64,000 nt of DNA from a virus. Within the stretch, counting starts at the first letter, position 1. Every line of letters starts with the position of its first letter. Shown one piece after another: positions 9,688 through 20,179 of the stretch. The position numbers and the translations under genes were made by a program. The DNA is taken from positions 27,315-91,314 of IMG/VR virus record IMGVR_UViG_3300035703_000046. One strand, given 5' to 3'. A model generated the notes under the pieces. The model was not told where the DNA came from. It searched no databases and saw nothing but the letters and a program-made list of their open reading frames with translations.

Positions 9688-10029
9688 TCACTTAGGTCTA
9701 TATGATAGATTTTGGACTTTAACTACTCGATGCCAAGGTATAAATAAACTGATCATTTCGATCTTTTTTGATTGGGCATGTTGAATTGCTTCTGTCCATG
9801 TTTTTATTTGACCGATTATTTTCTTATCTACTTCAAATCCTTTAAACTCAAGACCAAAATTTCCTTTATCTACCGTATGAGTAAAAAAAGTTCGTTCTTT
9901 GATTTTTGTAAAAGGATCTTCTACCGTTATTAGATGCAAATGCTTGCTAGAATTCGCATCTAATAATTTCTTATCTACTTCACTCAAAGCAGATGCTTTG
10001 ATAAAAGCCGGATCTTGATCACTATTCAT
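9688..10029 (-). CDS. Hypothetical protein
   Basis: 113-aa ORF in operon context. Confidence 0.6.
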   Translation of the reverse strand: MNSDQDPAFIKASALSEVDKKLLDANSSKHLHLITVEDPFTKIKERTFFTHTVDKGNFGLEFKGFEVDKKIIGQIKTWTEAIQHAQSKKIEMISLFIPWHRVVKVQNLSYRPK

Positions 10030-10055
10030 TAATGTAAATCCTTTATTTTAAATAA

Positions 10056-11030
10056 TCAATCGTCTTCTTCTTCAAGAAGATCTCCTTCATCATTTTTCTT
10101 TCCTTTGCCAAATAAGCAAATTCCAGATGCTGATACTTCCAATTCTAATTCTGATACACAATCATCGCCATCGAAAAGATGGTTTTTCTTAACTTTGGCT
10201 CTGCTAACGATTCCATGCTTAACTTTAATGCCAGCCCTAGTCTTTGTCAAGTCAGACTTTCGTGAAAGATTTAAAATTATACTTGAAAGATATTCTAGCT
10301 GAGCACCACCTTTTTCTTTGGTACCTACCGAGCCAATATTAGCATAAACTTGATTGACTACAAGACAGGCAACTGAATGCTCTCCAGTTTCCTTGCTAAA
10401 ATATCTAAACATTGTTTTATTTAGTTTTTTAACAGCCTTTGCAATATCACGAGCATCAACGCCTGGTTGATTTGAGGCTTCTTCTGTTTCCTCGGAGTCC
10501 TCTTTAGAATTCAAAGAAGCGCCTACACTATCCCAAACAATAAGAACTTTAACATTTGGATCTAGCTGTTTGGCTGCGTGAATTGTATTAGCAACGTGCA
10601 TAACTCCATCTTGAATGGAATTCGTCTGAATAACTAGAAGTTCATTTGAATTGCCGCCCATTTTTGAATCATAACGTTTTTGAGAGAATTTACCCTCTGC
10701 ATCCCAAAGAACAACTAAAACTCCTTGAGCTTGAGCGTCTGCCATAAAACACATGGCATGTGTGCTTTTACCAGAATCGGGCTTGCCAGCGATTTGTATA
10801 ATTTTTCCAAATGGAATACCTTTGATTCCAGTAAGTTTTTGCCAATGGTCGCCCTTTGTCCAAAGAACGAAATCAGTGTCTTTTTCTGGTCGAACAATAT
10901 TTGAGCCTGAAGAAATCTGTTTAGCCAGACCTGCATCTGACTTTCCATATATCCCCCGAGCTTTATCAACTAATGCACTAATATCAAATTTTAATTTTGA
11001 AGTAGGTGAGCTGCTTTGTTTTGTTACCAT
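10056..11030 (-). CDS. recA: RecA/UvsX-like recombinase
   Basis: GIPFGKIIQIAGKPDSGKST Walker A, DAE, IVWDSVGA Walker B, VNQ, GG..LEYLSS, KKN. Confidence 0.9.
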   Translation of the reverse strand: MVTKQSSSPTSKLKFDISALVDKARGIYGKSDAGLAKQISSGSNIVRPEKDTDFVLWTKGDHWQKLTGIKGIPFGKIIQIAGKPDSGKSTHAMCFMADAQAQGVLVVLWDAEGKFSQKRYDSKMGGNSNELLVIQTNSIQDGVMHVANTIHAAKQLDPNVKVLIVWDSVGASLNSKEDSEETEEASNQPGVDARDIAKAVKKLNKTMFRYFSKETGEHSVACLVVNQVYANIGSVGTKEKGGAQLEYLSSIILNLSRKSDLTKTRAGIKVKHGIVSRAKVKKNHLFDGDDCVSELELEVSASGICLFGKGKKNDEGDLLEEEDD

Positions 11031-11070
11031 GATTTTTTCTCCTTTTGATGCTTTTTAGCCTGCTGGCGCA

Positions 11071-11484
11071 TCATTGCGTTTTGTTTAGGTTTCTAAAAAA
11101 GATATGAGAATCTTTTAAAGTGTTAAAAATATACTGCCACTTTTTAAACTCTTTATGAGCAACTGCTGAGTTTGATTTGGCTTCTTTTACTTCTTGTTTA
11201 CTATTAATTAGTTCTTTAACCTGAGCTTCAGTAATTTTTTTACTTGGCTCTTTGTTTTCTGCCCTAATATTAGTAGCTACTTCGGCTTCTAAAAAGTCCA
11301 AATCATTTTCTCGTTGTTTTACTTCAAATTCAGCGGCAGATAAAATATCTGCTAACAAAATCTGAGCTTCTAAAGAGGCAGCCGCAACGACATCAGATTT
11401 TACAGTGTCAAATGTGCCAGACTGAACGGCTTGTACTTGATTTAATACAAATTCCACTAAATTTTCAATGCTTCTGTTTTCCAT
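11071..11484 (-). CDS. Helical protein, possible UvsY-like recombination mediator
   Basis: 137-aa coiled coil with KKITEAQVK, directly upstream of recA; assignment is inference. Confidence 0.4.
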   Translation of the reverse strand: MENRSIENLVEFVLNQVQAVQSGTFDTVKSDVVAAASLEAQILLADILSAAEFEVKQRENDLDFLEAEVATNIRAENKEPSKKITEAQVKELINSKQEVKEAKSNSAVAHKEFKKWQYIFNTLKDSHIFFRNLNKTQ

Positions 11485-11493
11485 AAACTTCCT

Positions 11494-11820
11494 TTATTTT
11501 TTTAATTCTGAAATAACTGTTTTCGCCTCATCAATAACTCGACGAGCGTCTTCCATTAAAAGATCGAATTGCTGCGTGCTTTGACGCAAATGCTGATGAA
11601 CCATTATGGATATTAAAAATAAAAATACCTCCATGCTGGCATAAGGCTTGTTTGATGGTTTTAAAAAAATAATTAAACCATCATCATTTGTTTCAAACAA
11701 GCCTTTGAACAAATCTTTTCCCTGAAAAGTAGGGGTATCATATGCTTTACATATTTCTTGGTAAAGTAAAAATTCGGAGTCTGTTAAATCTACTTTTTTA
11801 TTGTCTATAATTCTTAACAT
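11494..11820 (-). CDS. Hypothetical protein
   Basis: 108-aa ORF, translationally coupled. Confidence 0.6.
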   Translation of the reverse strand: MLRIIDNKKVDLTDSEFLLYQEICKAYDTPTFQGKDLFKGLFETNDDGLIIFLKPSNKPYASMEVFLFLISIMVHQHLRQSTQQFDLLMEDARRVIDEAKTVISELKK

Positions 11821-12515
11821 TATCTTTTAAATCCTCCGCCACCAGATAACATATTTTCTTGTCTCTGAAGGCGGTCCATTCTTTCACTTTCTAAAATGTT
11901 ATCAGCAACAGAACTACCAGATTTCATAACCAAAGATTTTAACTCGTTCATTTCCTGGCGACCTAAAGGTCGTCCTGGAACTATGAGTTCTTCATTGCCA
12001 AATTTGGCATTCATTTCTTTTGCAGCCACAAAATCATCTTCTGTTGGACTTGCCATATCATCACCCATTTCTACTTCATCGTCAAGTCCATACATGTTTT
12101 GTTCAAGATTATTATTGATTTGATCAACTAAAGCACTGTAATCTTTTGATAATTTAGCCTTGGTCTGTGGGCTAACACCAGCTCTTTGAAAGAATTCATT
12201 AGTTTTTTCAGGAGATGCAGCTTTGATTTTAGGTTCTTTATTTTTAACTTCACCTGTTGTAGCTCCATAAAATTTTTCAACAGGTGTAACTGTTCCAATT
12301 TTTGATAGCTTATAGTTATCTAAAAGCCATCCAGTTAGACCTACAGGATCGTTAGGCATGCGTAACATTGCCTCTTTTAATTCATTATACAGGTCTTTCA
12401 TTTCGTCATCATAAATTGCTCCGCCACATCCAGGACAAGAATTATTTGCAATAGCGTGTACATATTGAGGCGAAATTTCAGCATTACAATTCATACATTT
12501 CATATTAATCTCCAA
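11820..12515 (-). CDS. Hypothetical protein with N-terminal zinc ribbon
   Basis: CMNC..CPGC at the N-terminus. Confidence 0.65.
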   Translation of the reverse strand: MEINMKCMNCNAEISPQYVHAIANNSCPGCGGAIYDDEMKDLYNELKEAMLRMPNDPVGLTGWLLDNYKLSKIGTVTPVEKFYGATTGEVKNKEPKIKAASPEKTNEFFQRAGVSPQTKAKLSKDYSALVDQINNNLEQNMYGLDDEVEMGDDMASPTEDDFVAAKEMNAKFGNEELIVPGRPLGRQEMNELKSLVMKSGSSVADNILESERMDRLQRQENMLSGGGGFKR

Positions 12516-15500
12516 TTAATCTTCAATTGATTCAGGTGCCTGATACTCCGATAATTCATCTATATCTAAAGGATCATTTTTTTCTGCATCAGGATTTTCT
12601 ACAATTCCATTTTCCTCTAATTCCTCATTAGCTTCTTCTAAAAATTCCATTAGAGTATTTGATTTTTTCTTTTTAGAATTTGCAATCTTTAAAGTTACCT
12701 TTTGAGGCTTCAACTGATCTTTAGATGGCTTTTGAGGAAGACCAGCAATTTTTCTAACTTGTTTTAATATTAAGCTTGGCGTTCCTTCATACCAGTTTAA
12801 AGCACCGGCAAAATTAATAGCTACACCTGGCTCAATAACAAATTTAGATCCCATAGTTTTCTTGATGTCTTTTTTGAACTTCTCCAAATCATCCGAAAAC
12901 AATGTCATTCCAATAGAATTTCCATATGGGTCTCGAATAGACATTTTGCCCATTTCTCTACCAAAATTTTTAGAAGTTTCTTTTTTAATTTTAAAAGTAA
13001 AGAAATTTTCAATAATTCCTTGAAGATATCCATAAGTAGATGGAATTTCTACACCAAAGCTATCATCCTCTTTGTCTGGAAAATCTTTGATTAATTTTGC
13101 AAAATTAACAGCGGACTTGTCAAAAAAGCCTGGGTAAATATCAAAAGAACTTCCAGTCAATCCTTCGCCTAAGAAAAATATTTCAAAAGCATGTTTTTCT
13201 GGAATAGTAAAATCTCCTACCTCTGGGAATGGATAGTTAAATGGCTGAGAAATATCATCTGCCCTGGAAAGATATAAGGACAATTTTTTCCTGTAATCAG
13301 CGGCATAAAGATACATTTGTTTCCTGCTCATACCAAAGCAATCAAAACAGCCAGAGCCAATAAGGGCATAAACGCTATTGATCTTAACTTTTCTAGCACT
13401 AACTTTTCTCATAAAATCTTCAAAAGAAGTATATGGACGATGAGTAATAATTTCTGGAATTGCATCATCACTCATGAATTTCAGTGAGTCAAAACCGGTT
13501 AAAAGAGTATCATCATCAATAATGTTGTAAGTCATTTCTGACTTATTAATATCTGGAGGTAGTACTTTTACACCTGAAGCACGAAGTTCTTGTTTAATTT
13601 TAAGAATGTTATCAGGAGCATTCTTGGCGTTGGAATTAGCTTCGGCAATTAAGTTGGCTGCAAGAAACTCTAATGGATAGTGAGCTTTTAGATATGCTGT
13701 TTTGAATCCTAAGAAAGAATAAAATACAGCGTGGGACAAATTAAAACCATATCCGGAAAATTTAGAAATTACATCATCCCACACTGTAGTAGCAATACCT
13801 GCAGGTATATTGTTAGCCTCAGATCTTTCAATAAAATTTTTTCTTAGTTTAGCTGCTTTTTCTGGATTCTTGCCTTTTTCCTTTGTTAGCTTTCTAAGAG
13901 CATCTGCTTCATTAAGCGTCCATCCTGCAACGTCTTGAGCAAGGAACATAAGAGATTCCTCAAACAAACCAAATCCATAAGTGAATCCAAAGGCTCTTTC
14001 TAATGAACTATGTAGTAGTTCCATTGGCTTTTCACCATTTCTAACTTTGGCAAAGTCATCTCGAATGTCTGCTGTAGCAGGTCGAGCCAAAGCATTGATA
14101 AGAGCCAAATCAAGAATAGATTTGGGCTTGATCTTTCTGCAAAGATCCATTGTTCCACCAGAAGTTCCTAGCTGGAAGACAGCAAATGTATTTCCAGATG
14201 AAATCAAATCATAAGTTTTTTCATCATACATTTCAAAGTCGAAAGGCTCTTTGGGAAGAGGTTTTCCTTGTTTTTTAATCAATTCAAGACAATCATCGAT
14301 AATATCCAAAGTCTCAAGACCAAGAATATCCATCTTGACTAAACCATTGGCTTCGGCTCGCTCTTTTTCATATTCAAGAACGATAAAGCCTTCTTTATCT
14401 ACACGAAGAGGAACGACTTCTTCAAGTTTACGTTTGCCAATAACCAATCCAGCAGCGTGTTTAGAAAATGCTGCAAAAGTATTCCCTAGCTTCTTGGAGT
14501 GCTTGTATAGCTGAGGATGAACCTTTGTATATTCGGCGTATAGCGGCGCATTATCCATAAGCTCGGAAACTTTATGTACTTCATCTGGAATTGCGGCTGC
14601 AATTTCATTTCCTACTTTAACAGCGGATTTGAAATCTCCTCCAAACTTATAAACCCTAGAAATAGCTCTAGCATATGGTTTTGGAGTTAATTCCATATAG
14701 TTGGCGATCTGGGCAACGTATTCATTTCCATATTTTTTATAAATATATTCTAGTACTTTTTCACGATTGCGTTTAGAAAAATCCAAATCGATATCAGGCA
14801 TAGCTGCCTTTTCTCGATTTTGAAATCGTTCAAAGATAAGATTATATTTTAGAGGGTCAGCTTCGTGAATTCTAGCTAAATAAGCAATTAAGCTTCCGCC
14901 TGCACTTCCACGACCATAACCAGTAGAAATATTATTCTTACGACAAAAATCCAAAATATCAGCTACAATAAGCATATAGCTATTGAATTTCTTGCCTGCA
15001 ATAACTTCAAACTCATCTTCAATTCTGGCTTTATAAGCATCTAGATTGGGCATTTTAGCCCGAGATTCTAGATTTGAATACACGAGATATCGAAGATATG
15101 CTTCATCTTCTGGGCATTCTTTTTCAAGATGCTCATGTTTCCAGACAAGAAATTTCTTATAATCAGGCTGATTCTTAACTGGAAAATCAGGAAGCTCTCG
15201 TTTTGATGGATTAGTAAAGGCAGGATCAATCCAGTTAGGAAATTCACATTTTTCAGCAAAATACAAAGTATTATCAGCCCATTCTTCTGCCTTATCTTTA
15301 TAAAGACGAGAGAAAAATGAAACCACTTCATCTCGGGATTTCATATAAAACTCCGAATGAATTGAATCTTCGCTGGTATTGTAATACCTTAATCTATTAT
15401 TTGATTCTACTGGCTGACCAGAACCAATTGCCAGAGCAACATCATGAGTCTCTGCATCTTCTTTGTATAGATAGTGGGCATCTGTAGAAATAATGACTTT

Positions 15501-16127
15501 AACATCAAATTCTTTGCCAATTTTGATTAAGATATTATTGACCAAGGTTTGATCAATATAGTCGTTCATGGAACTGACTTGGCGTTTTAGTGCATGAGGC
15601 TGAATTTCAAACGCAAGATCATCTCCAAAAATTTCTTTTAGTTTTCTTGCCTGTTGTTTAGCGGTTTCAATTTGACGAGTATTAATAAGCTGACCCAAAA
15701 TTCCACCACTACAAGCGGTGGTGCAAATAAGATCGCCAGAATATTTTTCTAGCAAAGACCAATCAATTCTTGGATGAGTTTTTTTAAAAGCAATTACGCT
15801 ATGATTGTTAGCTTCTCGGTGTAATTTTAATAGATTTTTATATCCATTATAGTTCTTGGCACAAAGGATAACATGTCGCCAACGATCATTTTTTGTAGAA
15901 GCGGATAGGTCATCTACAAAATTAAATTCACAACCCATAATTAGCTTGACTCCAGTTTCTTTGCTTGCAGCCAAAGAATCATGAGCAGAGGCTAAAGTAG
16001 CATGATCAGTAACAGCAATTGCTGACTGTCCTAGCTCTTTAGCTCTATAAAAAAGATCCCTAGGTTTAATTAGGGAATCTAGAAGCGAAAATGTTGTATG
16101 GTTGTGAAATGAAACGTAATCTTTCAT
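12516..16127 (-). CDS. dnaE: DNA polymerase III alpha subunit (C-family)
   Basis: PHP HNH..TDH..DAH; GRGSAGGSL; FERF; MPDIDLDF; HAAG; KMDILGL; YGFNLSHA; C-terminal OB fold. Confidence 0.97.
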   Translation of the reverse strand: MKDYVSFHNHTTFSLLDSLIKPRDLFYRAKELGQSAIAVTDHATLASAHDSLAASKETGVKLIMGCEFNFVDDLSASTKNDRWRHVILCAKNYNGYKNLLKLHREANNHSVIAFKKTHPRIDWSLLEKYSGDLICTTACSGGILGQLINTRQIETAKQQARKLKEIFGDDLAFEIQPHALKRQVSSMNDYIDQTLVNNILIKIGKEFDVKVIISTDAHYLYKEDAETHDVALAIGSGQPVESNNRLRYYNTSEDSIHSEFYMKSRDEVVSFFSRLYKDKAEEWADNTLYFAEKCEFPNWIDPAFTNPSKRELPDFPVKNQPDYKKFLVWKHEHLEKECPEDEAYLRYLVYSNLESRAKMPNLDAYKARIEDEFEVIAGKKFNSYMLIVADILDFCRKNNISTGYGRGSAGGSLIAYLARIHEADPLKYNLIFERFQNREKAAMPDIDLDFSKRNREKVLEYIYKKYGNEYVAQIANYMELTPKPYARAISRVYKFGGDFKSAVKVGNEIAAAIPDEVHKVSELMDNAPLYAEYTKVHPQLYKHSKKLGNTFAAFSKHAAGLVIGKRKLEEVVPLRVDKEGFIVLEYEKERAEANGLVKMDILGLETLDIIDDCLELIKKQGKPLPKEPFDFEMYDEKTYDLISSGNTFAVFQLGTSGGTMDLCRKIKPKSILDLALINALARPATADIRDDFAKVRNGEKPMELLHSSLERAFGFTYGFGLFEESLMFLAQDVAGWTLNEADALRKLTKEKGKNPEKAAKLRKNFIERSEANNIPAGIATTVWDDVISKFSGYGFNLSHAVFYSFLGFKTAYLKAHYPLEFLAANLIAEANSNAKNAPDNILKIKQELRASGVKVLPPDINKSEMTYNIIDDDTLLTGFDSLKFMSDDAIPEIITHRPYTSFEDFMRKVSARKVKINSVYALIGSGCFDCFGMSRKQMYLYAADYRKKLSLYLSRADDISQPFNYPFPEVGDFTIPEKHAFEIFFLGEGLTGSSFDIYPGFFDKSAVNFAKLIKDFPDKEDDSFGVEIPSTYGYLQGIIENFFTFKIKKETSKNFGREMGKMSIRDPYGNSIGMTLFSDDLEKFKKDIKKTMGSKFVIEPGVAINFAGALNWYEGTPSLILKQVRKIAGLPQKPSKDQLKPQKVTLKIANSKKKKSNTLMEFLEEANEELEENGIVENPDAEKNDPLDIDELSEYQAPESIED

Positions 16128-16405
16128 TTTAAGATAGCTTCCTCCAATAACTGAGAAAATTCTGGAATCAGATCGCTGCCATTTGCAGAGATTTTTAAGT
16201 TTATTTTATTTGTTCCAAAAGAAGCAGTGGCTACTAGCCCGCCTTTTTGAGCGTAAAAAATACCTGCATTAAAAAAATTATCAGGTATGACGTACCCAGC
16301 TTGTTTGAATACGTCAACCTGATATTTTCTTAATGGCTTGCTAACTTCTAATATTGTAGTTGAACTTCCGCAACAGGACTTTACTACATATTGTCTAACA
16401 GCCAT
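16124..16405 (-). CDS. Hypothetical protein
   Basis: 93-aa ORF with SD; ATGA overlap with dnaE. Confidence 0.6.
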   Translation of the reverse strand: MAVRQYVVKSCCGSSTTILEVSKPLRKYQVDVFKQAGYVIPDNFFNAGIFYAQKGGLVATASFGTNKINLKISANGSDLIPEFSQLLEEAILK

Positions 16406-16418
16406 CTATTTCCTTTAA

Positions 16419-16700
16419 TCACTTACCGCGTTGTTCTAGATTCCAAACTAGGAATTTAATCATAATCTGATGTTCTTTGATTGGAATTGTGTATGTTTCT
16501 TTAAGTTCTTTAACTAGCTGCTTTGCGGCTGCTAGCTTTTCGTCCTTGTCCATGTCTTGTTCAAACTGACTAATCCCTTTCTCTACTTCGATAATTCGTT
16601 CTTTAACTTCATCATCGGACATAGATCCGACTGAATCTTTAATAGATTCGGGCAGTTTGTTTAACCATTTTGTTGGAAAATCATTTTTTTCTTCTGACAT
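16419..16700 (-). CDS. Hypothetical coiled-coil protein
   Basis: 93-aa ORF with AAGGAG SD. Confidence 0.6.
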   Translation of the reverse strand: MSEEKNDFPTKWLNKLPESIKDSVGSMSDDEVKERIIEVEKGISQFEQDMDKDEKLAAAKQLVKELKETYTIPIKEHQIMIKFLVWNLEQRGK

Positions 16701-16714
16701 AATCTCTCCTTAAA

Positions 16715-17956
16715 TCATTCAATAATAGTAGAATTTTTAATTACCCACTCAACTGTAGCCGAATCTCTCATGTTGGCAACAATGCCAAAAATTGATCCGT
16801 CTTCAGTAGCTTTTTTAATAAAATCATCTGGATTTCCTCCTGTACCAGAAACTTTCATGCGAAGAGAATTTAAAAGCTCTCTTTCAGAGAAAGATGCATC
16901 TGGCTCTGCTTCTCGGATCGAATCTAGAATCAAGCTTAGTTTAACAGCTCTCTCGGCTTCTGTAAAGAGGCGAGATTTCGTTTCAGGTGGCATTGTTTTT
17001 AAATCCATGCCTCTATTTCTAGCGACATTTTGAGCTTCCATTTCCACTAACCAACTAGGAACATTGATCTCATTATGCTCAAGTAATCTTACTAAAACTT
17101 GATTGGTAAGATCATTTCTTTCTTTTTGCTGAGACTGGCTCATTACGACTGAGCTTGCATAAGACTCTAGCTTTTCATAGGTAGGAAAGCCAACTTTCTG
17201 AGCAAATGCATCATCTAGTGCGGCTAGGTCGGTTCTCATGCCCATGTGCAAAGTAACGGTAAAATCAACCACTTTATTTTTAAGCGATTCTAGAGGAGTG
17301 TCTTCATCCATTGAAACTTTAAAGTTTTTTGTTTCATCTGGAACCATGCCTAAAAGATTTTCATCTAGTTTTGAGAACTGACCAACGTTATAAACCAAGC
17401 CTTCTTGAGTAAGCTCTGAAACTACCTGTCCCTCAGATTCTACCTTAATGTCTAAGGTGATTTTATCGCCTTGCTGGACAAAATCACCTTCACCGTAAGG
17501 TCGTGACTCTCCATGCTTTACTCGGAGATTTTGGATCATTTTAGCTACTAGCTCTGTGACGGGCTCTGAGGCGGGTTTTGGAATGCTAAACCCTTTATAT
17601 TCTTTTAATTCAACGTCAGGCTTTTTCCAGACCATCATTTCACAATAGAATTGATCTTTATCAAAAGATTGCGATGTAACCTGGGGATAAAACATAGTTT
17701 TAATTTTGTGCTCAAATAGCAAATCATTATAAGCCTCAGAAACTAAATCTTTGGCAGCTAAAGAATCAATTGTTGATTTCATTTGCAACTCAATGGCTTG
17801 AGTTGGGGCTGCTCCGGGTCGAAATCCTTTAACAGGAACTTTTTCTTTTTTAATTCTGTCAACGACTCTTAATCGAGCTGCTTTAACCTTTTCGGGCTCA
17901 GCAACATAATGAACATTTAATTTACATAAATCAACTTCTTGCACTTGAATAGTCAT
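16715..17956 (-). CDS. tig: Trigger factor
   Basis: Ribosome-binding signature GFRPGAAP, FKBP-like middle domain (GDKITLD..LLGM), LDDAFA, C-terminal SurA-like domain. Confidence 0.92.
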   Translation of the reverse strand: MTIQVQEVDLCKLNVHYVAEPEKVKAARLRVVDRIKKEKVPVKGFRPGAAPTQAIELQMKSTIDSLAAKDLVSEAYNDLLFEHKIKTMFYPQVTSQSFDKDQFYCEMMVWKKPDVELKEYKGFSIPKPASEPVTELVAKMIQNLRVKHGESRPYGEGDFVQQGDKITLDIKVESEGQVVSELTQEGLVYNVGQFSKLDENLLGMVPDETKNFKVSMDEDTPLESLKNKVVDFTVTLHMGMRTDLAALDDAFAQKVGFPTYEKLESYASSVVMSQSQQKERNDLTNQVLVRLLEHNEINVPSWLVEMEAQNVARNRGMDLKTMPPETKSRLFTEAERAVKLSLILDSIREAEPDASFSERELLNSLRMKVSGTGGNPDDFIKKATEDGSIFGIVANMRDSATVEWVIKNSTIIE

Positions 17957-17975
17957 ACTAACTTACCTTTCAATA

Positions 17976-18851
17976 TTATTTGTCAAACCAATTCACAGAA
18001 CTGTAATATAGAGTATTATCTTTCTCGACAGGTGTAATTTTTGTTTGTTTGGGAGCGATGGAGCCTAAAAATTTAGCCCCATCGTGACAGTTTTCTAAAT
18101 AATCACAATAATCACACAATCTACTTGGGCTAGGTTTAAATGCGGCTTCAGTTCTAATTAAAGCTGCTTTTTCTAGATAATAATCTTCCACTTCTTTTAC
18201 ATCGTCAAGAGTAAATTCTTTAACAATTTCTTTAAATCCCATTTTTGCCATAATGTAAGATGTTCTAACTTTTTTCAAAGACGGGTCAGTTAAAAACATT
18301 ACGTAGGCATAAGTCTTTAATTGAAAAAAATCATTCTTTAAATAAGAATCATTCTTAGATGTTTTATAGTCAGCAACATGAAGAATCTTATCTTGATCTA
18401 ATTGAATTTTATCAATAAATCCATTTAGTAATATTGTATTATCAATATTTACATTAAACTCTTTTTCTGCTGCTAAGAAGTCAGATAATGTATTATTTTT
18501 TCTTTTTTCTGAAATGTTTTTTAAATAAGTGAAGCAAAGCTCCCAAATTTCTTTATTTTTTTCTTGAGATAGCTTAGATTCATATGCTTTTTTAGCCTTA
18601 GAATAAGAATCTTTCATTATTAGATTTAAGGGCTGATCGGGGTTTTCATTGTATTGTAAATGAAAATATTCTAAAACTGCATGTAAAAATTTTCCAAAAG
18701 AATGAAACTCCCATTCTTTTTTAGGGAGCTTATCTATATAAGAAAATTTAAATTTGGTCTTACAATCTTCAAATGTTTTTAATTTACTAACGCTAAGATT
18801 AAGAATTTCTTTGTTTTTTTCAGGTCTGCTATCAAGCAAAATGCCTTTCAT
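17976..18851 (-). CDS. PD-(D/E)XK RecB/AddB/Cas4-like exonuclease
   Basis: LSVSKLKTFEDC, FGKFLHAVLE, GFIDKI, ADYKTS, QLKTYA, CDYCDYLENC. Confidence 0.85.
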   Translation of the reverse strand: MKGILLDSRPEKNKEILNLSVSKLKTFEDCKTKFKFSYIDKLPKKEWEFHSFGKFLHAVLEYFHLQYNENPDQPLNLIMKDSYSKAKKAYESKLSQEKNKEIWELCFTYLKNISEKRKNNTLSDFLAAEKEFNVNIDNTILLNGFIDKIQLDQDKILHVADYKTSKNDSYLKNDFFQLKTYAYVMFLTDPSLKKVRTSYIMAKMGFKEIVKEFTLDDVKEVEDYYLEKAALIRTEAAFKPSPSRLCDYCDYLENCHDGAKFLGSIAPKQTKITPVEKDNTLYYSSVNWFDK

Positions 18852-19810
18852 ATAATCCTGCTCCTAAAGAAAGGATACCATTTAAATACCAATCCGACTC
18901 CAGAAGTTCGGCTTACTGGAATTACATTTGAATAATTGGTAGATACAGTTGGTAAGAATTTTTCTTTTGAAATAATCCATCGTAACGAAGACGAATCGAA
19001 ATAATAATAAGTTATTGTAGAGTCTTTGGGGTTGAAGTGCTGACGTAATGCAGAGCCGGTGCTTTGTAAAGTTCCTGGATTATAATAATATTGAGCACCA
19101 TTGTTAGCAATTTCAGGATTAATTAAAGTAAATGACCCCCTATTAATCATTGAAATGTCTTGATTTGCCGTATCGGAAAAAGATTGAAAAATTACTTTAG
19201 CTTTTGGATTAAAAAATTTATCATTAACTGAAGTTTGGTCTGGTATTGGATCGGGTAATCGAATAGTAGAATAAGAAACGGTGCCAATTCCTCGACCGAC
19301 ATTTCCTTTTCCATCAGTTTCAGAATAAATAAAATCTAATCTTGTAGCAGTTTGATCTATAGATCCCACCGCATTTCCAGCTGCATCATACCCATCTAAA
19401 ATATTAGGAATTGCAGAGTCATCAATAATAAGACCCGCAGCAGGTCCAAATGTAGGACTAATATCTTGTAACATGTCTCCAAATGGAGAATAGTTAGTCC
19501 CTGTACGATATTGATTGTAATTAGTTACAATAGAAGATCCTGGATCTAACCCAACAAATGAAGACCCATAAGTTTGAGAAAAAATAGCTGAATTTTCTAT
19601 TCCATTGGTGGCAAAGATTTTTACTGTAACTTTACTGAAGTTGGAAGGCAAATTAATTTGATCAATATAAATATTTGAATTTATATCAGGGGCAGAGCCA
19701 TCCAAGGTGTAAAATATACTAGCGGGAACGTTAGTTTCTACAGTAAGAAATGAAGGAATCCCTGCAATTTTTTCTAAATCAGATTCTGTAATAATTAAAC
19801 TTATAGCCAT
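18848..19810 (-). CDS. Beta-rich protein with N-terminal Fn3-associated/chitobiase-C-like domain, probable structural protein
   Basis: IFYTLDGSAP motif typical of that domain. Confidence 0.55.
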   Translation of the reverse strand: MAISLIITESDLEKIAGIPSFLTVETNVPASIFYTLDGSAPDINSNIYIDQINLPSNFSKVTVKIFATNGIENSAIFSQTYGSSFVGLDPGSSIVTNYNQYRTGTNYSPFGDMLQDISPTFGPAAGLIIDDSAIPNILDGYDAAGNAVGSIDQTATRLDFIYSETDGKGNVGRGIGTVSYSTIRLPDPIPDQTSVNDKFFNPKAKVIFQSFSDTANQDISMINRGSFTLINPEIANNGAQYYYNPGTLQSTGSALRQHFNPKDSTITYYYFDSSSLRWIISKEKFLPTVSTNYSNVIPVSRTSGVGLVFKWYPFFRSRII

Positions 19811-20136
19811 TATTTTACCAATAAATTAAGAAACTTTTTAGTATTCATTGTTTTTTTAGGATTAATCATAAATCCATGCCTATATACGGCATGACCTACT
19901 CTTCTTAAAATTTTTCCTAAAGTAAAATAATGTTCTTCTCCAGTAGTCCTATATAAAGAAAAAAAATCTTCCGAAGTTTCAATAAATTCTTTTTCTAAAT
20001 CTGGATTGTCCTGAAGTCTTGTAAGAGAGTTCTTCTTTAAAAAAAGAAACAAGCCATCCTCGCCATCCTTGGCAAGGATGTCTCGGCAAGTTTTAGAAAT
20101 CTCCTCTAAGTTCCTTTTTGTAGCCATGTTTCGCAT
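19810..20136 (-). CDS. Hypothetical protein
   Basis: 108-aa ORF. Confidence 0.55.
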   Translation of the reverse strand: MRNMATKRNLEEISKTCRDILAKDGEDGLFLFLKKNSLTRLQDNPDLEKEFIETSEDFFSLYRTTGEEHYFTLGKILRRVGHAVYRHGFMINPKKTMNTKKFLNLLVK

Positions 20137-20179
20137 AGTGGTCTTGCATAATGGGTTCCTATAGTTATATATCTTATCT

